Translations under genes and position numbers: made by a program
The notes under the pieces: generated by a model
Seen by the model: only the letters and a program-made list of their open reading frames with translations
What the model was told of the DNA's origin: nothing
Databases searched by the model: none
Part shown: piece by piece, positions 41,633 through 50,693 of the stretch
Layout of the letters: each line of letters opens with the position of its first letter
Position numbering within the stretch: the first letter of the stretch is position 1
Source of the DNA: Terriglobia bacterium
Lineage (GTDB): Bacteria; Acidobacteriota; Terriglobia; Acidiferrales; UBA7541
Assembly (NCBI GenBank): GCA_963695545.1
Contig: OY968796.1
Coordinates: 3,296,001 to 3,360,000 of the forward strand
DNA length: 64,000 nucleotides
Reading direction: 5' to 3'

Positions 41633-41720
41633 CGCGTAGCCGCACGCTGAGTCGCAGATGGGCGCTTAGGCGCTGCGCCTTGCGCCGAATGTCCGCAACG
41701 GATACGATTTCCGCTTCGTC

Positions 41721-42317
41721 GTGAGCACCTCACCACAACCGATTTTTTGCGATGGCTGCGGACTCGCCGCGTCGCCCACGCACATTCGCGAGCGTTTGGC
41801 GCGTCTCGAGGTTGCCACGCGCTATCGGCCGATTCACATTTCAGTTTTGTTCGTGGATGTGTCGCCCGACGCGGGCCTGGATTTCTATGACGTATCTTCT
41901 CGGCCGGCTGGCGCCCGCGAAATCTTGCTCGATGCTCTGGGAATTGCGGTGCCGAGCGAAACGAGCGGCGCATCGCACGCGAGTGCGATCGAATTGCGAT
42001 TGACGGAATTCCAGCGCCGCGGATTTTTCTTCGCCTCAGTGTCGGAATGCCCCTTGGCCATTGTCTCCGCTGCGCAAATTATCGACCGGCTCGGATCGAC
42101 ACTTTTGAAGCGTGTGCAATTTTCTTACAGGCCAAAATCCGTGGTCCTGCTTTCCGGCGCGCTCTCGCCGCTCGTGCCGATGCTCGCCCGCGCGGGGCAG
42201 GGAATTCGCGTGATTCCCGACGGCGCTCCCATTGCTTGGCCGCGCCCCGGTGACAGTGCGGGTGAGCTGGCCTTCCGTGCAGCTTGCGCGCGCATTGCTG
42301 AGACCGCGCGAACCTGA
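41721..42317 (+). CDS. Hypothetical protein, possible uracil-DNA glycosylase-like fold
   Basis: N-terminal CxxC; 'RYRPIHISVLFVDVSP...FY' and 'FQRRGFF....SECP'. Confidence 0.55.
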   Translation: MSTSPQPIFCDGCGLAASPTHIRERLARLEVATRYRPIHISVLFVDVSPDAGLDFYDVSSRPAGAREILLDALGIAVPSETSGASHASAIELRLTEFQRRGFFFASVSECPLAIVSAAQIIDRLGSTLLKRVQFSYRPKSVVLLSGALSPLVPMLARAGQGIRVIPDGAPIAWPRPGDSAGELAFRAACARIAETART

Positions 42318-42371
42318 ATTTGCGCTTGGCGTGTGATAGAATCGCGCGTTGCGAGGGGATTTCGAGGTAAG

Positions 42372-42854
42372 TTGAAGCCCAAGTTCAAGTTCGCAGTCGG
42401 CGCGGGAATCATCGTGGCGGCGCTTTCGTGCCTTGCGTGGGTCGGCGCACGCGATAGCAAGACGTACTACCACACCATTTCCGAACTCTCCACACTTCAG
42501 GGATCGGCGCGCAACGCGCGCATTCGCGTGGGCGGCGATGTGGCTGCGGGATCGATCACACATCGCGATGGCGGCGTGGATTTCGTGCTCACCGAGCAAG
42601 GCCAAACGCTGCCGGTGAGCTACATCGGTTCGGACCCACTGCCCGACACATTTAAGGATGGGGCGCAATGCCTGGTCGAAGGGCACGAGACCTCCGATGG
42701 CCGTTTCATGGCCGAGACCATTCAGGCCAAGTGCGCGTCAAAATACGAAGCGGCGCCCGGCGGAGTTTTGCCGCCCGCCAATTCCGGCCAGCCTGCGGCG
42801 ACGGGGCAGCCGGCCGGCACGACCGCGGCGACACCGGGCTCCCCCGCGAGCTAG
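42372..42854 (+). CDS. ccmE: Heme chaperone CcmE, Cys-type (CxxxY)
   Basis: TM anchor, IRVGG, LPDTFKDG and AKCASKY motifs. Confidence 0.9.
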   Translation: MKPKFKFAVGAGIIVAALSCLAWVGARDSKTYYHTISELSTLQGSARNARIRVGGDVAAGSITHRDGGVDFVLTEQGQTLPVSYIGSDPLPDTFKDGAQCLVEGHETSDGRFMAETIQAKCASKYEAAPGGVLPPANSGQPAATGQPAGTTAATPGSPAS

Positions 42855-42875
42855 AGTTTTAAACCGGAGATTTGC

Positions 42876-44951
42876 GTGGATCTTTTCGGTTCGTTTTCCC
42901 TGCTGCTCGCGTTTTTGTGCGCCATCTACGCCATCGTTGCCGGCGTGGTGGCGGTGTATACGCGGCGCCCTCTGCTGGTCAAAAGCGCGCGGCAAGCCGG
43001 GATGGCCGTTTGCGTTTTGATCTGGCTCGCCTTCGGCAGCCTCGTCTACCTCTTCTACACCAATAATTTTTCGATTGCGTACGTCGCCGAGCACAGCAAC
43101 CGCGCGCTGCCGCAATTTTTCAAATTCCCGGCGGTTTGGTCGGGGCAGGAAGGCTCGCTGCTATTCTGGAGCTTCCTGCTTTCGATTTACGTTTTTTCGG
43201 TGCTGTTCACTTATCGCGGCAAGCATCCGGAGTTGATGCCGCGCGTCGGTATTATTCTCGCGAGCATCCAGCTTTTCTTTCTCATTCTCAATAATTTTAT
43301 CGTCAGTCCGTTTCACATGTTGGGCGCGCTGGGAATCGGCGGTGTGTTGCACGTCGTGGCGCGCGCCGACGGCAACGGCCTGAATCCGTTGCTGCAATAT
43401 CCGGAGATGATCATTCATCCGCCGGTGCTTTACTCCGGCTACACGGGCTTTTCGATTCCGTTCGCATTTGCGCTGGCCGCGTTGCTCGGCCGCTATCCCG
43501 GCGAAAAGTGGATTCACCTCACGCGTCGCTGGACCATGATCGCGTGGGGATTTCAAAGCGCGGGCATTTTGCTCGGCGCGCATTGGGCTTACGCCGTGCT
43601 CGGCTGGGGCGGCTATTGGGCCTGGGACCCGGTGGAAAACGCATCGCTGTTGCCCTGGCTGACGGCCACTGCTTTTTTGCACTCGGTGATGATGCAGGAA
43701 AAGCGCGGCATGATGAAGGTGTGGAACGTGTGGCTGGTGTTTACAACATTCATCCTCACGATTCTCGGTACCACACTTACGCGCAGCGGTCTTGTCAGCT
43801 CAGTTCACGCGTTCGCGCAATCGACCATCGGGCCGTGGTTCTTCGCTTTCATCGGCGTGATCCTGATCGTCTGCTTCGTCGCCTACTGGCAGAATCGCGA
43901 TTATCTGCGCAGCGATAATCAACTCGATTCCATGATCTCGCGCGAATCGAGTTTCTTGTTCAATAATTTGATCTTGCTCGTAGCCTCTGTGGCCGTCTTG
44001 TCCGGAACGCTTTTCCCGGTGCTCTCGGAAGCCGTGCGCGGAACGAAGATCAGCGTCGGTCCGCCGTTCTTCAACAAAGTCAATATTCCTATCGCTATGT
44101 TTCTGCTGTTTCTCACCGGCGTTGGGCCGCTGCTCGCCTGGCGCAAGACCTCCGCCGAAAGTTTGCGGCGCCATTTTGCGTGGCCGCTGATGGGCGGCAT
44201 CGCCGCGGCGGGAATCGCGGTGGCGTTTGGCCTCGAGAATTTTTACGTTGTGTTGTGCTTGCTGCTGTCGGTCTTCGTGGTGCTCACGATCGGCAGTGAA
44301 TTCTATCGCGGCGCGCGCGTGATCGCGGCGCGCACCGGCATGAACCTCGCAAGCGCCGTCGGGCAACTCACCATGCGCAACACGCGCCGTTACGGCGGCT
44401 ACGTCGTGCACTTCGGCATGGTGCTCGTCTTCATCGGCATCAGCGGGCAGGCCTTCAATAAGGATAAGCAGATGCAGATGTCGCCGGGATCGACCATGAA
44501 GATCGGTCCATACACGCTCATTTGCCAGAATTTCGATTCCACGCCCGGGCCCGATCCCAACGCCCCGAATTACACCGCCGAGCGCGCCACGATCGAAGCC
44601 GATCGCGACGGCCGCCAAGTGATCATGCTCTATCCCGAGCGCCGCATGTACACAACGAATCAGGAATCCGGCACGATGGTCGCGATTTATTCGACGCTCA
44701 AGGAAGATCTGTATGTCGTTTACGCGGGCCTTGACCCGAACACGCAGAAGCCGATCATTCACGCATATTTGAATCCCCTGGTGAAATGTATCTGGCTTGG
44801 GGGAGCCATCGTGATTCTCGGCACGATTCTCGCGCTTGTGCCGTCTCAGCAAGCTACGATCGTGTTGCGTCCCGTTACGCAGTCGCTGCCGCTCGGAGCT
44901 ACGCCAGAGCCTGCCGTCGCCGATTGGAGGCGCTATGGCCGCCGAACTTAG
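42876..44951 (+). CDS. ccmF: Cytochrome c heme lyase CcmF
   Basis: WSGQEGSLLFW, GLNPLLQ, HPP, WGGYWAWDPVEN (WWD domain) and SVHAFA motifs. Confidence 0.96.
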   Translation: MDLFGSFSLLLAFLCAIYAIVAGVVAVYTRRPLLVKSARQAGMAVCVLIWLAFGSLVYLFYTNNFSIAYVAEHSNRALPQFFKFPAVWSGQEGSLLFWSFLLSIYVFSVLFTYRGKHPELMPRVGIILASIQLFFLILNNFIVSPFHMLGALGIGGVLHVVARADGNGLNPLLQYPEMIIHPPVLYSGYTGFSIPFAFALAALLGRYPGEKWIHLTRRWTMIAWGFQSAGILLGAHWAYAVLGWGGYWAWDPVENASLLPWLTATAFLHSVMMQEKRGMMKVWNVWLVFTTFILTILGTTLTRSGLVSSVHAFAQSTIGPWFFAFIGVILIVCFVAYWQNRDYLRSDNQLDSMISRESSFLFNNLILLVASVAVLSGTLFPVLSEAVRGTKISVGPPFFNKVNIPIAMFLLFLTGVGPLLAWRKTSAESLRRHFAWPLMGGIAAAGIAVAFGLENFYVVLCLLLSVFVVLTIGSEFYRGARVIAARTGMNLASAVGQLTMRNTRRYGGYVVHFGMVLVFIGISGQAFNKDKQMQMSPGSTMKIGPYTLICQNFDSTPGPDPNAPNYTAERATIEADRDGRQVIMLYPERRMYTTNQESGTMVAIYSTLKEDLYVVYAGLDPNTQKPIIHAYLNPLVKCIWLGGAIVILGTILALVPSQQATIVLRPVTQSLPLGATPEPAVADWRRYGRRT

Positions 44952-45489
44952 ATCGCGTCGCGCTGCGCGGCCGCATCGGCCGCAGACGAACTATTTCCTC
45001 GTGCTGACCATTGTTGCTTCGCTTGCAGTTCTCGCGATCGCCATGCCCATCGCCTTGCGCGCGCAGCAAAGCGATCGCGCCGAGCAGATCAGCGGCAAGC
45101 TGATGTGCATGTGCGGCTGCGGCCAGACGCTGAAAGAATGCAACCACATCGATTGCCCGTTGCGCGCGGGGATGTTTAAGGAAGTCGATGCGGACGTCGC
45201 CCGCGGCGAATCCGACGACTTGATCCTGCAGGATTTTGTGCAAGAGTACGGCGAAGCGGTTCTTGCCGAGCCGCCGGCCAAGGGATTCAATCTCGTCGCC
45301 TGGATTTTTCCGGGCGCGGCGTTTGCTGTCGGCTTGTGCCTCGTGATCTTGATCGTGCGCAATTGGCGCCGTCGTCCGCCCGTGGCCGGTGCGGCAGTCG
45401 CCGCGATGGCCGGCTCGGCGAGTCATAGCGTCGATGCCGAAGACTTCGAGCGCGCTCGCCGTCAAGCGGATCGCGACACGGACGAATAA
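44935..45489 (+). CDS. ccmH: CcmH/CycL thiol-redox subunit
   Basis: LMCMCGC...C...C, YGEAVLAEPP, AWIFP plus TM helix. Confidence 0.85.
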   Translation: MAAELRSRRAARPHRPQTNYFLVLTIVASLAVLAIAMPIALRAQQSDRAEQISGKLMCMCGCGQTLKECNHIDCPLRAGMFKEVDADVARGESDDLILQDFVQEYGEAVLAEPPAKGFNLVAWIFPGAAFAVGLCLVILIVRNWRRRPPVAGAAVAAMAGSASHSVDAEDFERARRQADRDTDE

Positions 45490-45492
45490 CTC

Positions 45493-45864
45493 ATGCCACT
45501 CGCCGCCATCATCGCCTGGGATTCGGATTCAATGATGCTGGTAGCGTGCGCGCTGCTCGCCGCTTCCACGCTGGCCTTTATTTTCTGGATCGATCCCGAT
45601 CCCGCCGATTCCGCGCCGCACCGTTCGCATCTCGATCAATTGCTCGAGCGGCGCGATGCGGTGTACGAAAATCTCCGCGATCTAAAATTCGAGCATCGCG
45701 CCGGCAAATTCGCCGAATCCGATTTCGAGCAAATGAAGGACGCGCTCGAGACCGAAGCCGCTCTGGTGCTGCGCGAGATCGACGAGACCACCGGCAATCC
45801 TGTGCGCACCGCGCGGCCCGCGCGCTCGAATCCTCAAGAGGTGACCACGGTGGCGCGAACATGA
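45493..45864 (+). CDS. CcmI N-terminal-like small membrane protein
   Basis: TM helix followed by 'YENLRDLKFEHRAGKFAESDFEQMK'. Confidence 0.68.
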   Translation: MPLAAIIAWDSDSMMLVACALLAASTLAFIFWIDPDPADSAPHRSHLDQLLERRDAVYENLRDLKFEHRAGKFAESDFEQMKDALETEAALVLREIDETTGNPVRTARPARSNPQEVTTVART

Positions 45865-47258
45865 ATCCGCGCGCATCCCGATCGAGATTGAAATTGACAA
45901 GGACGGCCATGAATCGTTCCCGCTTCCCGCAATTCGCAATCGCTCTGCTCGTGTGCCTCTGTTTTTGTGCCGCGGCGCGGGCCGGAACCGTCACCGGCGT
46001 CGTTCGCAATGGCACTACCAACAAGCCCGCCGCCGGAGTGGATGTGCTCCTGATCGAGTTGCAAGGCGGAATGCAAACTGTCGGCACCACGAAGACCGAT
46101 GCCGCCGGAAACTACCATTTCGATAACGACGCCATCGGTCAGGGCCCCATGCTGATTCGCGCCGTGTATCATGGCGTTTTTTTTCATCAGCCGCTAACAC
46201 CCGGCACGCCCACCGCCGACGTCACCGTTTACGAGACCACTTCAAATCCCGACGCGCGTCAGATCCAGCAGCGCCTCGTCGTCTTTCAACCTAACGGGAA
46301 TTCATTGATCGTAGGCGAAGAATATTCAATCGAGAATCAATCGCAGCCACCCGCCGCCTTCTACGATCAAAAGGGCGATTTTGAATTCATGATTCCCGAC
46401 GGCGCGCAATTGAGCCAGGTTTCGGCCTGGGGGCCCTCCGGCATGCCTGTGGTGCAGGGAACCATCGATCGCGCGCCCAATCGCTACGCCATCGCGTTTG
46501 CTTTTCAGCCCGGCGATAACGGCGTGCGCATCTCGTACGAAATTCCCTACGGCACGAACAGCGCGTCGCTCGCTCTGAGTTCTCCCTACGCCGCCGCGCA
46601 CATGATGATTGCCGCGCCGCCGACGGTTCAGGTCGCAAGCGATGGATTTCAGCCTGGCCCCGCAGAGCAGGGATACAGCACGTACACGCATGACGATATC
46701 GCCGCTGGAGCCGTAACCCAAATCTCGGTGTCCGGCACGGCTCCGCCGCCCGCGGCCGATGACGCGTCTGGCTCCGGTAGCGATCAGGGCGGCGCGCCCG
46801 ACCAGGTGAACGGGCGCGATTCGGGCGACGCCGCGAGTGGCTCGCTGCAAGTGATTCCGCCGCGACTCGATTCGCTGCGTTGGTATCTGGTAGGAGGCTT
46901 CGCCGCGTTGTTCGCCGTCGGCCTTGCGCTTTTGTGGCGACGGACCGATTTGGCGGTCCCACTGCGCACCACGCCGGCGATCGCCGGCGATTCGGGCGGC
47001 AATGTTTCCGCGTCGGCGGTTAGTGCGCCCGCTCGCAGCGCAACGTTGCCCAAGTCTCCGCCCGTTTCAGCGGCTCCGCCCGCGCCGTCGGAAACCGTCG
47101 AACAAGCGCAGCGCGAAGTTGTGCAGAGCCTCGACGGCATGAAGGACACGCTGTTTCGCCTGGAACTCCGCCGCCAGGCGGGCACCATCTCCGAGGAAGA
47201 TTACGCGCGCGAACGCGCACGCCTCGAAAAAGTTCTGCACGATCTTCTTCGCGGATGA
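45861..47258 (+). CDS. Exported beta-sandwich (carboxypeptidase-regulatory-like) membrane protein with CcmI/SHOCT-like cytoplasmic tail
   Basis: Signal peptide, 'VTGVVRNGTT...TDAAGNYHF', C-terminal TM, 'LFRLELRRQAGTISEEDY'. Confidence 0.7.
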   Translation: MNPRASRSRLKLTRTAMNRSRFPQFAIALLVCLCFCAAARAGTVTGVVRNGTTNKPAAGVDVLLIELQGGMQTVGTTKTDAAGNYHFDNDAIGQGPMLIRAVYHGVFFHQPLTPGTPTADVTVYETTSNPDARQIQQRLVVFQPNGNSLIVGEEYSIENQSQPPAAFYDQKGDFEFMIPDGAQLSQVSAWGPSGMPVVQGTIDRAPNRYAIAFAFQPGDNGVRISYEIPYGTNSASLALSSPYAAAHMMIAAPPTVQVASDGFQPGPAEQGYSTYTHDDIAAGAVTQISVSGTAPPPAADDASGSGSDQGGAPDQVNGRDSGDAASGSLQVIPPRLDSLRWYLVGGFAALFAVGLALLWRRTDLAVPLRTTPAIAGDSGGNVSASAVSAPARSATLPKSPPVSAAPPAPSETVEQAQREVVQSLDGMKDTLFRLELRRQAGTISEEDYARERARLEKVLHDLLRG

Positions 47259-47298
47259 TGTACTCTCGCGCCACGCCGTGACGCCATCTGAACCGCCC

Positions 47299-48006
47299 AT
47301 GTCCGCGGGTTTTAAAATCGAATTCCATAACGTAGAAAAGCGCTTCGGCATGCGCTTGGCTCTTCGCGGAATCACGTTGTCGATCGCGTCCGGGGAATTC
47401 GTGGCTCTGGTTGGCGCGAATGGTTCGGGGAAGACCACGCTGCTGCGCATCGCGGCACAGCTGATGCGCCCGAGCGCCGGAACCATTCGCATCGGCGCCG
47501 ACGCAGCGACAATCTCGCCGCTCGCCGTTCGCGCGCGATGTGGACTCGTCTCACACGCCACGCAGCTTTATGACGAATTGACGGCCGAAGAGAACTTGCG
47601 CTTTTTCGCGCGCCTCTACGATCTGCCGAATGTGGGCGCGACCTGCGCCGCGGCACTCGATCGAGTCGGACTCGCGCCGCGATCTCGCGATCTTGTCCGC
47701 ACATTCTCGCGCGGCATGCGCCAGCGATTGTCGCTCGCGCGGGCGATGTTGTGTAGTCCGCGCCTCTTGCTTCTCGACGAGCCTGCGACGGGCCTCGACC
47801 CCGCAGGCCAATCTTGGCTGGGAAGGGAAGCAGCGCGCCTGCACTCGAAAGGCTGCACAATTCTGATGAGCACGCACGGCAACAATGAAGTGCAGTCGGC
47901 CGTCACGCGCGCCCTTCGCCTTGATTCCGGAGCCGTGGCCGAAGATTCGACCGAACACGGCGCAGATGTACGCGGGATCCTGGCGCGCGGAGGCTCCGAG
48001 AATTAA
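47299..48006 (+). CDS. ccmA: Heme ABC exporter ATP-binding subunit CcmA
   Basis: GANGSGKTT, FSRGMRQR, LLDEP and STH motifs; start 47278 or 47299. Confidence 0.88.
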   Translation: MSAGFKIEFHNVEKRFGMRLALRGITLSIASGEFVALVGANGSGKTTLLRIAAQLMRPSAGTIRIGADAATISPLAVRARCGLVSHATQLYDELTAEENLRFFARLYDLPNVGATCAAALDRVGLAPRSRDLVRTFSRGMRQRLSLARAMLCSPRLLLLDEPATGLDPAGQSWLGREAARLHSKGCTILMSTHGNNEVQSAVTRALRLDSGAVAEDSTEHGADVRGILARGGSEN

Positions 48007-48013
48007 TCAAACG

Positions 48014-48688
48014 ATGAGCCTCTCGCGCGCCACCGGCATAATTCTCGCCAAGGAACTCCGCGTCGAATTGCGCTCGCGCGAGCTACTCTCGACCACACTG
48101 GTTTTTGTTCTGCTCGTCCTGGTCCTTTTCAGCTTCACATTCGATCCCACGTCCACAGAGGCGCGCCGCTTCGGCCCCGGCCTTCTGTGGCTCGGCTTGC
48201 TGTTCGCGAGTTCGCTGATGCTCCAGCCCTCGTTCGTGCGCGAACAATCGAACGACACGCTCTCCGCGCTGCGCATGGCGCCGATTGACCCGTTTGCCGT
48301 GCTGCTCGGCAAGCTCGCGGCCAACGCGCTGTTTCTCTTTTTCGTGGAGCTGATTCTGCTCCCGATTTTCGCAGCGTTGTATAACCTCGCGATTTTGCCG
48401 GTTCTCGGGCGGCTACTCGTTATTTTAGTTCTCGGCACGGTAGGCCTCGCCACGATCGGCACCGTGTTTTCCGCGATCACCGCGCAGGCGCGTCTGCGCG
48501 AGCTTTTGCTTCCGTTGCTCATGTTTCCACTCGTGGCGCCGGTGCTGATTGCCAGCACGGAAGCCACGGTCGGGTTGTTTTCAGAAGATGCTTCTCTCGA
48601 TCGTGTGTGGCTTGTCTTCCTTGTCGCGTTCGACGCGGTCTTTTTGACTGCGGCCTGGCTTTTCGGCGAGTATCTCTTCGAGGAATAG
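48014..48688 (+). CDS. ccmB: Heme exporter CcmB
   Basis: KELRVELRS, GLLW, GKL and LLLPLLMFPL motifs; about 6 TM helices. Confidence 0.9.
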   Translation: MSLSRATGIILAKELRVELRSRELLSTTLVFVLLVLVLFSFTFDPTSTEARRFGPGLLWLGLLFASSLMLQPSFVREQSNDTLSALRMAPIDPFAVLLGKLAANALFLFFVELILLPIFAALYNLAILPVLGRLLVILVLGTVGLATIGTVFSAITAQARLRELLLPLLMFPLVAPVLIASTEATVGLFSEDASLDRVWLVFLVAFDAVFLTAAWLFGEYLFEE

Positions 48689-48696
48689 GAGAGAGA

Positions 48697-49404
48697 TTGG
48701 CTTCGGCAATCAATTCCAAATCGGCCGCACGCCCGTCCATTTTCCTGGCGCTCCTGGTCTACGCGTGGCTTGTGCTCGCTGCGTATGCCGCGCTCTTTGT
48801 CGCGCCCACGGAATTAACCATGGGCCTGATCCAGCGCATTTTTTATTTTCACGTGCCCTGTTTCTGGACGGCCTTCATCGCCATCGGCACCACCACATTC
48901 GGCAGCATCGCGTATCTCAGCACGCGCGCGATGAAATGGGATTGGCTTGCCGTGTCGGCCGCCGAACTCGGCACGGTCTTTCTTACCATCGGCCTTGTGA
49001 CGGGCCCCATCTGGGCCAAGCCGGTGTGGGGCGTCTGGTGGGCCTGGGACGCGCGCACGACTTCCACCTTCGTGCTCTGGGCCATGTACGTCAGCTATCT
49101 CCTGCTGCGCACGTTGGTCGATGAACCGGAGCGGCGCGCTCTGCTCTCCGCGGTCGTCGCGATCTTCGCGTGCCTGGACGTGCCGCTGGTCTATTTTTCG
49201 ATCTGGTGGTTCCGCACCCAGCATCCGCAGCCGGTGATCGGCGACGGCGGCTACCTCGATCCGCGGATGCTCCGAGTCCTGTTGTTTTGCTGGGGTGCAG
49301 TGGTGGCGTTGTTCGTGTTGGTGGTTCGGCAGCGTTATCGGCTTGAGAAATTGCGAGCCGAAGTAGATGGCCTGCGAATGGAAGCGGAACGCCGAGCGCT
49401 CTAG
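48697..49404 (+). CDS. ccmC: Heme exporter CcmC
   Basis: RIFYFHVP, WAKPVWGVWWAWDAR (WWD) and WFRTQHP motifs. Confidence 0.93.
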   Translation: MASAINSKSAARPSIFLALLVYAWLVLAAYAALFVAPTELTMGLIQRIFYFHVPCFWTAFIAIGTTTFGSIAYLSTRAMKWDWLAVSAAELGTVFLTIGLVTGPIWAKPVWGVWWAWDARTTSTFVLWAMYVSYLLLRTLVDEPERRALLSAVVAIFACLDVPLVYFSIWWFRTQHPQPVIGDGGYLDPRMLRVLLFCWGAVVALFVLVVRQRYRLEKLRAEVDGLRMEAERRAL

Positions 49405-49449
49405 CGCTCGACAGGTATGGTTCGCACAGATCGGGAGTAAGGAGTGGTG

Positions 49450-49584
49450 ATGGAAAATCTAAATAGCGTATTCGCGGCATTTATGGCGCTATGGGCCGTG
49501 TTCTTCGTCTATCAAATCACTGTGGGCCGCCGCCTCGCGCGGCTGCAAGACGAGATCGAGCGCCTGAAGAGCCGCCTGAAGTAA
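49450..49584 (+). CDS. ccmD: CcmD (44 aa, absent from the ORF track)
   Basis: MENLNSVFAAFMALWAVFFVYQITVGRRLARLQDEIERLKSRLK; AAGGAG RBS; single TM plus charged helix after ccmC. Confidence 0.82.
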   Translation: MENLNSVFAAFMALWAVFFVYQITVGRRLARLQDEIERLKSRLK

Positions 49585-49601
49585 TTGCCGATATTTTCCG
49601 C

Positions 49602-50588
49602 ATGAGCGATCGCAAACGCGTCGGCGTGGTTTTATTTCAGCTCGGCGGACCGGACACGCCCGACGCCATCGAGCCATTCCTCTATAATCTTTTTTGCGAT
49701 CCCGACATCATAAATTTCCCCGGCGCGTGGCTCGCGCGCCGGCCTCTCGCCTGGTGGATCGCGCATCGCCGCGCGCGCGCCGTGGCCCATCACTACGCCG
49801 CGATCGGCGGCCGCTCCCCGATTCGCTTGCTGACCGAACGCCAAGCCCGCGCCCTGGAGCGCGCGCTCGCGAACCGTTGCGATGCAAAATGTTTTGTCGC
49901 CATGCGCTACTGGCATCCCTTGACGCGCGAAGCCGCCGCCGCCGTGCGCGTCACGCAGCTCGACGATCTCGTATTGCTGCCGCTCTATCCGCAATATTCC
50001 CTGGCCACCACGGCCAGCAGCATGAAGGAATGGACGCGCCTCTATCGTCCGGCCGGCGCGAATCCCCCGGCCGTGCATGCGGTCAAGGACTTCTATGATC
50101 ATCCGCTTTATATCCAAGCGCTCTGCGAGCGAATCGCCGCGACTCTCCGCCACTTCGCCGATCCCGCCGGCATACATTTCGTCTTCAGTGCGCACGGCCT
50201 GCCGATTTCGCTGGTCGAACGTGGCGACCCCTATCCGCAGCAGGTGCAGGAAACCGTGCGCCTGGTGCTCGAGCGCGGCGGATGGCCATACGAACACACG
50301 CTTTGCTATCAAAGTCGCGTCGGCCGCCAGCGATGGCTCGAGCCGTCGTTGACGCTCACGATCGAACGCCTCGCCCGCGAAGGCAAAAAGAGGCTCCTGC
50401 TCATCCCTCTCTCTTTCGTTACCGAGCACATCGAGACCCTGCACGAAATCAACATTGAAGCCCGCGAAGAAGCGCTCCATCTCGGCGTCGAGCAATTCCA
50501 GTTGATGCCCGCGCTGGGCGATTCTCCTAGGTTCATCGCGGCGCTGGCCGATTTGGTGCTGCGCGCCGCGGGAATAAATCATTCCTAA
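49602..50588 (+). CDS. hemH: Ferrochelatase
   Basis: LGGP, GGRSP, MRYWHP, LYPQYS, SAHGLP, YQSRVG and EHIETLHEI motifs. Confidence 0.95.
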   Translation: MSDRKRVGVVLFQLGGPDTPDAIEPFLYNLFCDPDIINFPGAWLARRPLAWWIAHRRARAVAHHYAAIGGRSPIRLLTERQARALERALANRCDAKCFVAMRYWHPLTREAAAAVRVTQLDDLVLLPLYPQYSLATTASSMKEWTRLYRPAGANPPAVHAVKDFYDHPLYIQALCERIAATLRHFADPAGIHFVFSAHGLPISLVERGDPYPQQVQETVRLVLERGGWPYEHTLCYQSRVGRQRWLEPSLTLTIERLAREGKKRLLLIPLSFVTEHIETLHEINIEAREEALHLGVEQFQLMPALGDSPRFIAALADLVLRAAGINHS

Positions 50589-50604
50589 AATGGCCCAATT
50601 CGGC

Positions 50605-50633
50605 TTGACACCATTTCGAGCGCGGCATATAAA
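50605..50633 (+). promoter_or_regulatory. sigma70 promoter of the Rieske/cytochrome b operon
   Basis: TTGACA-17 nt-TATAAA. Confidence 0.78.
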
Positions 50634-50693
50634 AGACAGTCCGTGCGTTGCCGTAATCATCCTCAGGTTCAGTACGAGAGGTGACGCGCTCTT

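Noticed and set aside
41321..41720. 6S RNA, tmRNA, SRP RNA or a known riboswitch
   Set aside because: No recognisable consensus for these families by eye; kept only as an unclassified sRNA candidate
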